Shown here: piece by piece, positions 61,565 through 64,000 of the stretch
Layout of the letters: each line of letters begins with the position of its first letter
Numbering within the stretch: the stretch's first letter is position 1
Assembly: GCA_964291415.2 (NCBI GenBank)
Contig: OZ219920.1
Location: forward strand, 256,001-320,000
DNA: 64,000 bases
Source of the DNA: Alphaproteobacteria bacterium
GTDB lineage: Bacteria > Pseudomonadota > Alphaproteobacteria > SP197
Reading direction: 5' to 3'
The notes under the pieces: model-generated
The model's input: the letters and a program-made list of their open reading frames with translations, nothing else
Told to the model about the DNA's origin: nothing
Databases searched by the model: none
Made by a program: the position numbers and the translations under genes

Positions 61565-62918
61565 AGCGCAGCCAGAAACGGGTCAACGGTCCCGGTTCCC
61601 GGCCTTCGTGGTCGAGACGGTCCTTGCGCTCGATGGCGGCACGCACCGCGTGGCCGCCAATCCAGCGGAAGGGCTCCCGGGGGAAGGCCCGTTGCGGTTG
61701 CGTCACCAGGGGCGAGCGGCTCCATGCGTCATCCCTTTCCTGGACCAGCGAGGCGAGGATGTGGCTGCCGACCCGCGACGGCACGATGCCGGCGCCGGAG
61801 TATCCGCAACCGAAGACGATATCGGGCGACGTCCCGAGGTGTCCGAACATGGGAAGCCCGTCACGGGATCTGTCGATGGGACCGCACCAGGTCCCTTCGA
61901 TGGCGACGTCGGCGAGGGCCGGGTGATAGGCGGCCATGATGGCGCGCAGCTCCCTGGTGCTGCGGCGCGTACGCTTGAGCGAGGCATCGATCCGGTCTCC
62001 GAAGGGAAGGGCGCCGCCCGACTTGGTGACGACAATGCGCCCGTCCGCCGTCGGCCGGCAGGACTCGATGAAGGTGCGCGAATCGGTGAAGCCCGGCGCA
62101 CCGGCAAGACCGAGGGAGTCGAGGAGACCCGGAACGGGCACGGTCATCGCCGCATCGGTGACCATCACCATGAGAGCCGGCCGGATCTCCGGCAAGGAGA
62201 GCGACCACCCGTAGAGGGCCAGCACGACCTTGCGTGCGGTGAGAGTACCGCGGGGGGTGATGACGCCAGGCGGGGTCGAGCGCTTGAGGCGTGTCATCTC
62301 GGTCTTCTCGAAAACACGGACCTCCAGGGAGAGCGCTTCGCGTCTCAGGGCACGGACCAGATGGCCGGGGTGGAGGGTGGCGCTCGCGGTATCGACGACG
62401 CCGGCAACGAGCGCGTCGCTGCCCGTCAGAGACCGGATGTCGTCGGTCCCCAGAAGGCGGAAGCTGTGGATCTGACGGGATTCCATCAGGTCCAGCATGT
62501 CGTCCCAGTGGCCTGACTGTCTCTGGCAGGTCGCCGCCCAGACCGTCGGCGCGGAACTCAGGGCAATGTCATTGCCCCGCTTGCCGGCAAGGGCCCGGAT
62601 ATCGTCGATGGCTTCGATGGAAGCCCTGCCGATGTGGAGAGCGGCTTCGGTCCCTGCGGCACGTTCCAGCGCCGGAACCTGAAGCCACATGGGCAGGGCA
62701 AAGCCGGCATTGGCGCCGCTTCCTCCGGCGCCGCACACATCGCGTTCGATGACGGCGACATCGAGGGAGGGATCACGCCTCTTGAGTTCGATGGCGGTCC
62801 AGAGGCCGGTGTAGCCGCCGCCGACGATGGCGACGTCGACCGCAAGATCGCCCTCGAGCGGCGTGATGCGGGCAGCGGCATCCGCCGCCATCGCCTGGGT
62901 CAGCCAGACGCTCCGCAT
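61536..62918 (-). CDS. FAD-dependent oxidoreductase (DAO/PuuB family)
   Basis: VGGGYTGLWTA, GGSGANAG, WCGPID, GYSGAG, FPREPFRWIG. Confidence 0.9.
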   Translation of the reverse strand: MRSVWLTQAMAADAAARITPLEGDLAVDVAIVGGGYTGLWTAIELKRRDPSLDVAVIERDVCGAGGSGANAGFALPMWLQVPALERAAGTEAALHIGRASIEAIDDIRALAGKRGNDIALSSAPTVWAATCQRQSGHWDDMLDLMESRQIHSFRLLGTDDIRSLTGSDALVAGVVDTASATLHPGHLVRALRREALSLEVRVFEKTEMTRLKRSTPPGVITPRGTLTARKVVLALYGWSLSLPEIRPALMVMVTDAAMTVPVPGLLDSLGLAGAPGFTDSRTFIESCRPTADGRIVVTKSGGALPFGDRIDASLKRTRRSTRELRAIMAAYHPALADVAIEGTWCGPIDRSRDGLPMFGHLGTSPDIVFGCGYSGAGIVPSRVGSHILASLVQERDDAWSRSPLVTQPQRAFPREPFRWIGGHAVRAAIERKDRLDHEGREPGPLTRFWLRFKPVSYKPS

Positions 62919-62919
62919 G

Positions 62920-63261
62920 TCACGACCGGCGCCGCGCCGGTGCCACGGCAAGGGGGGCGACCGTCGATGTCGTGCGCGGAGGTGGATGAGTTTCCAGGTG
63001 CTGGCGGATGATGGCGAGTTCCCTTGCTTCGCCGAAACCCCGGGCAACGAAGAGGCGCTCGGCAGCCGCAAGCCAGCGCTCATAGTAGTCATGGCCATCC
63101 GCCGAGCCGTGACTCGCGATCTCGTCGATCAGCAGTTCCTGGAAGGCGCTCCATTCATAGTGACCGGCGCCGTGCATCGCATTGACCAGGGCGAAGATGC
63201 GCGCCTGCCACGGCTCTTCGAACGTGCGTTCGTCTCCCGGTCCGTTTCGATCACTTGCCAC
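62920..63261 (-). CDS. Nitrile hydratase accessory protein-like (NHase beta N-terminal fold)
   Basis: FEEPWQARIFAL, YEWSAFQELLI, YYERWLAAAERL; GTG start with GGGGAG RBS. Confidence 0.82.
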   Translation of the reverse strand: MASDRNGPGDERTFEEPWQARIFALVNAMHGAGHYEWSAFQELLIDEIASHGSADGHDYYERWLAAAERLFVARGFGEARELAIIRQHLETHPPPRTTSTVAPLAVAPARRRS

Positions 63262-63404
63262 CAGGCATTCTCCCCAGACGAGACCGCCAGCGTAACGCAC
63301 CGCGTCATCCGGGCAAGGGACACGACGGGCCGCCGGAGTCGGGCCTGGCCGGCGGGCATTGTCCCGGCAGACCGGCCGGCCTACCCTCGACGCTTCACGA
63401 GGCA

Positions 63405-64000
63405 ATGCGGCACACAACCATGGACGACACTCTTTCGATCCCTTCACCCGATGGTCCGATACCGGCGTTCCTTGCCCTGCCCGAAGCAGATGAGCCGGCC
63501 CCGGCCGTGATCATGCTCATGGATGCCCCGGGAATTCGCGAGGAACTCCATCGATTCGCGAGACGTGTCGCCTCCGCCGGCTTCGTCTGCGTGCTTCCCG
63601 ACATGTATTACCGGCTCGGCACCCTGCGCTTCGATCTTTCCCGCCGGGATGACAGGATGGCCGCAGTCTTCGGTGCGGCCATGGCGAGTCTCGATCACGA
63701 GAGGGTGGCTGCGGACTGCCGCGCCGTTCTCGATGCCCTCGACGCGGATGATCGCGTGGCGGCGGGGCCGCGGGGACTTGTCGGCTACTGCATGAGCGGC
63801 CAGTACGTGCTGGCTGCCGCCTGCCGGTTCCCGGAACGGGTCGCGGCGGTTGCCGCGTTTCACGGCGTGCGCATGGTGACAGAAGAGCCCGATTCACCGC
63901 ATCTCGGGGCGGCGGCGATCCGCGCCGAGATGTTTCTGGGTTTCGCCTCGGACGATCCCCTGGTCCCCGACAATGTCATTCCCACGTTGCGAGACACCTT
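63405..64000 (+). CDS. Dienelactone hydrolase family protein (runs off the window end)
   Basis: Translated by eye: PDGPIPAF...PAVIMLMDAPGIREEL...VLPDMYYRLG...GLVGYCMSG nucleophile elbow; start 63405 or 63420. Confidence 0.88.
   Translation, partial: MRHTTMDDTLSIPSPDGPIPAFLALPEADEPAPAVIMLMDAPGIREELHRFARRVASAGFVCVLPDMYYRLGTLRFDLSRRDDRMAAVFGAAMASLDHERVAADCRAVLDALDADDRVAAGPRGLVGYCMSGQYVLAAACRFPERVAAVAAFHGVRMVTEEPDSPHLGAAAIRAEMFLGFASDDPLVPDNVIPTLRDT

Overview
A GC-rich alphaproteobacterial chromosome segment; the tRNA-Pro / ETC-complex-I-subunit / tRNA-Arg arrangement and the ppk1-ppx-sixA and cysK-alaX-sseA-metC blocks point to that group. It holds about 60 CDS and 3 tRNAs, mostly for uptake and catabolism of amines, amino acids, organosulfur compounds and purines. 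Highlights: (i) a bufferin-type RiPP cluster (DUF2282-DUF692-DUF2063-DoxX) split by an Xre/RES toxin-antitoxin module and sitting directly behind a thiol-dioxygenase/multi-rhodanese/dicupin block; (ii) a cluster of a GS-like ligase, amidohydrolase, Liv-type ABC importer, an aminocaprolactam-racemase-like PLP enzyme and an N-formylglutamate amidohydrolase; (iii) a small candidate defence islet of an HNH nuclease, an unannotated 47-aa cationic ORF and a Schlafen/AlbA_2 protein with an atypical C-terminal domain; (iv) a DddP-like M24 enzyme; (v) three type II TA pairs. Five genes carry apparent frameshifts that may be sequencing errors. No integrase, transposase, CRISPR array or rRNA was seen. 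All family calls come from motif recognition and recall, not from database searches.
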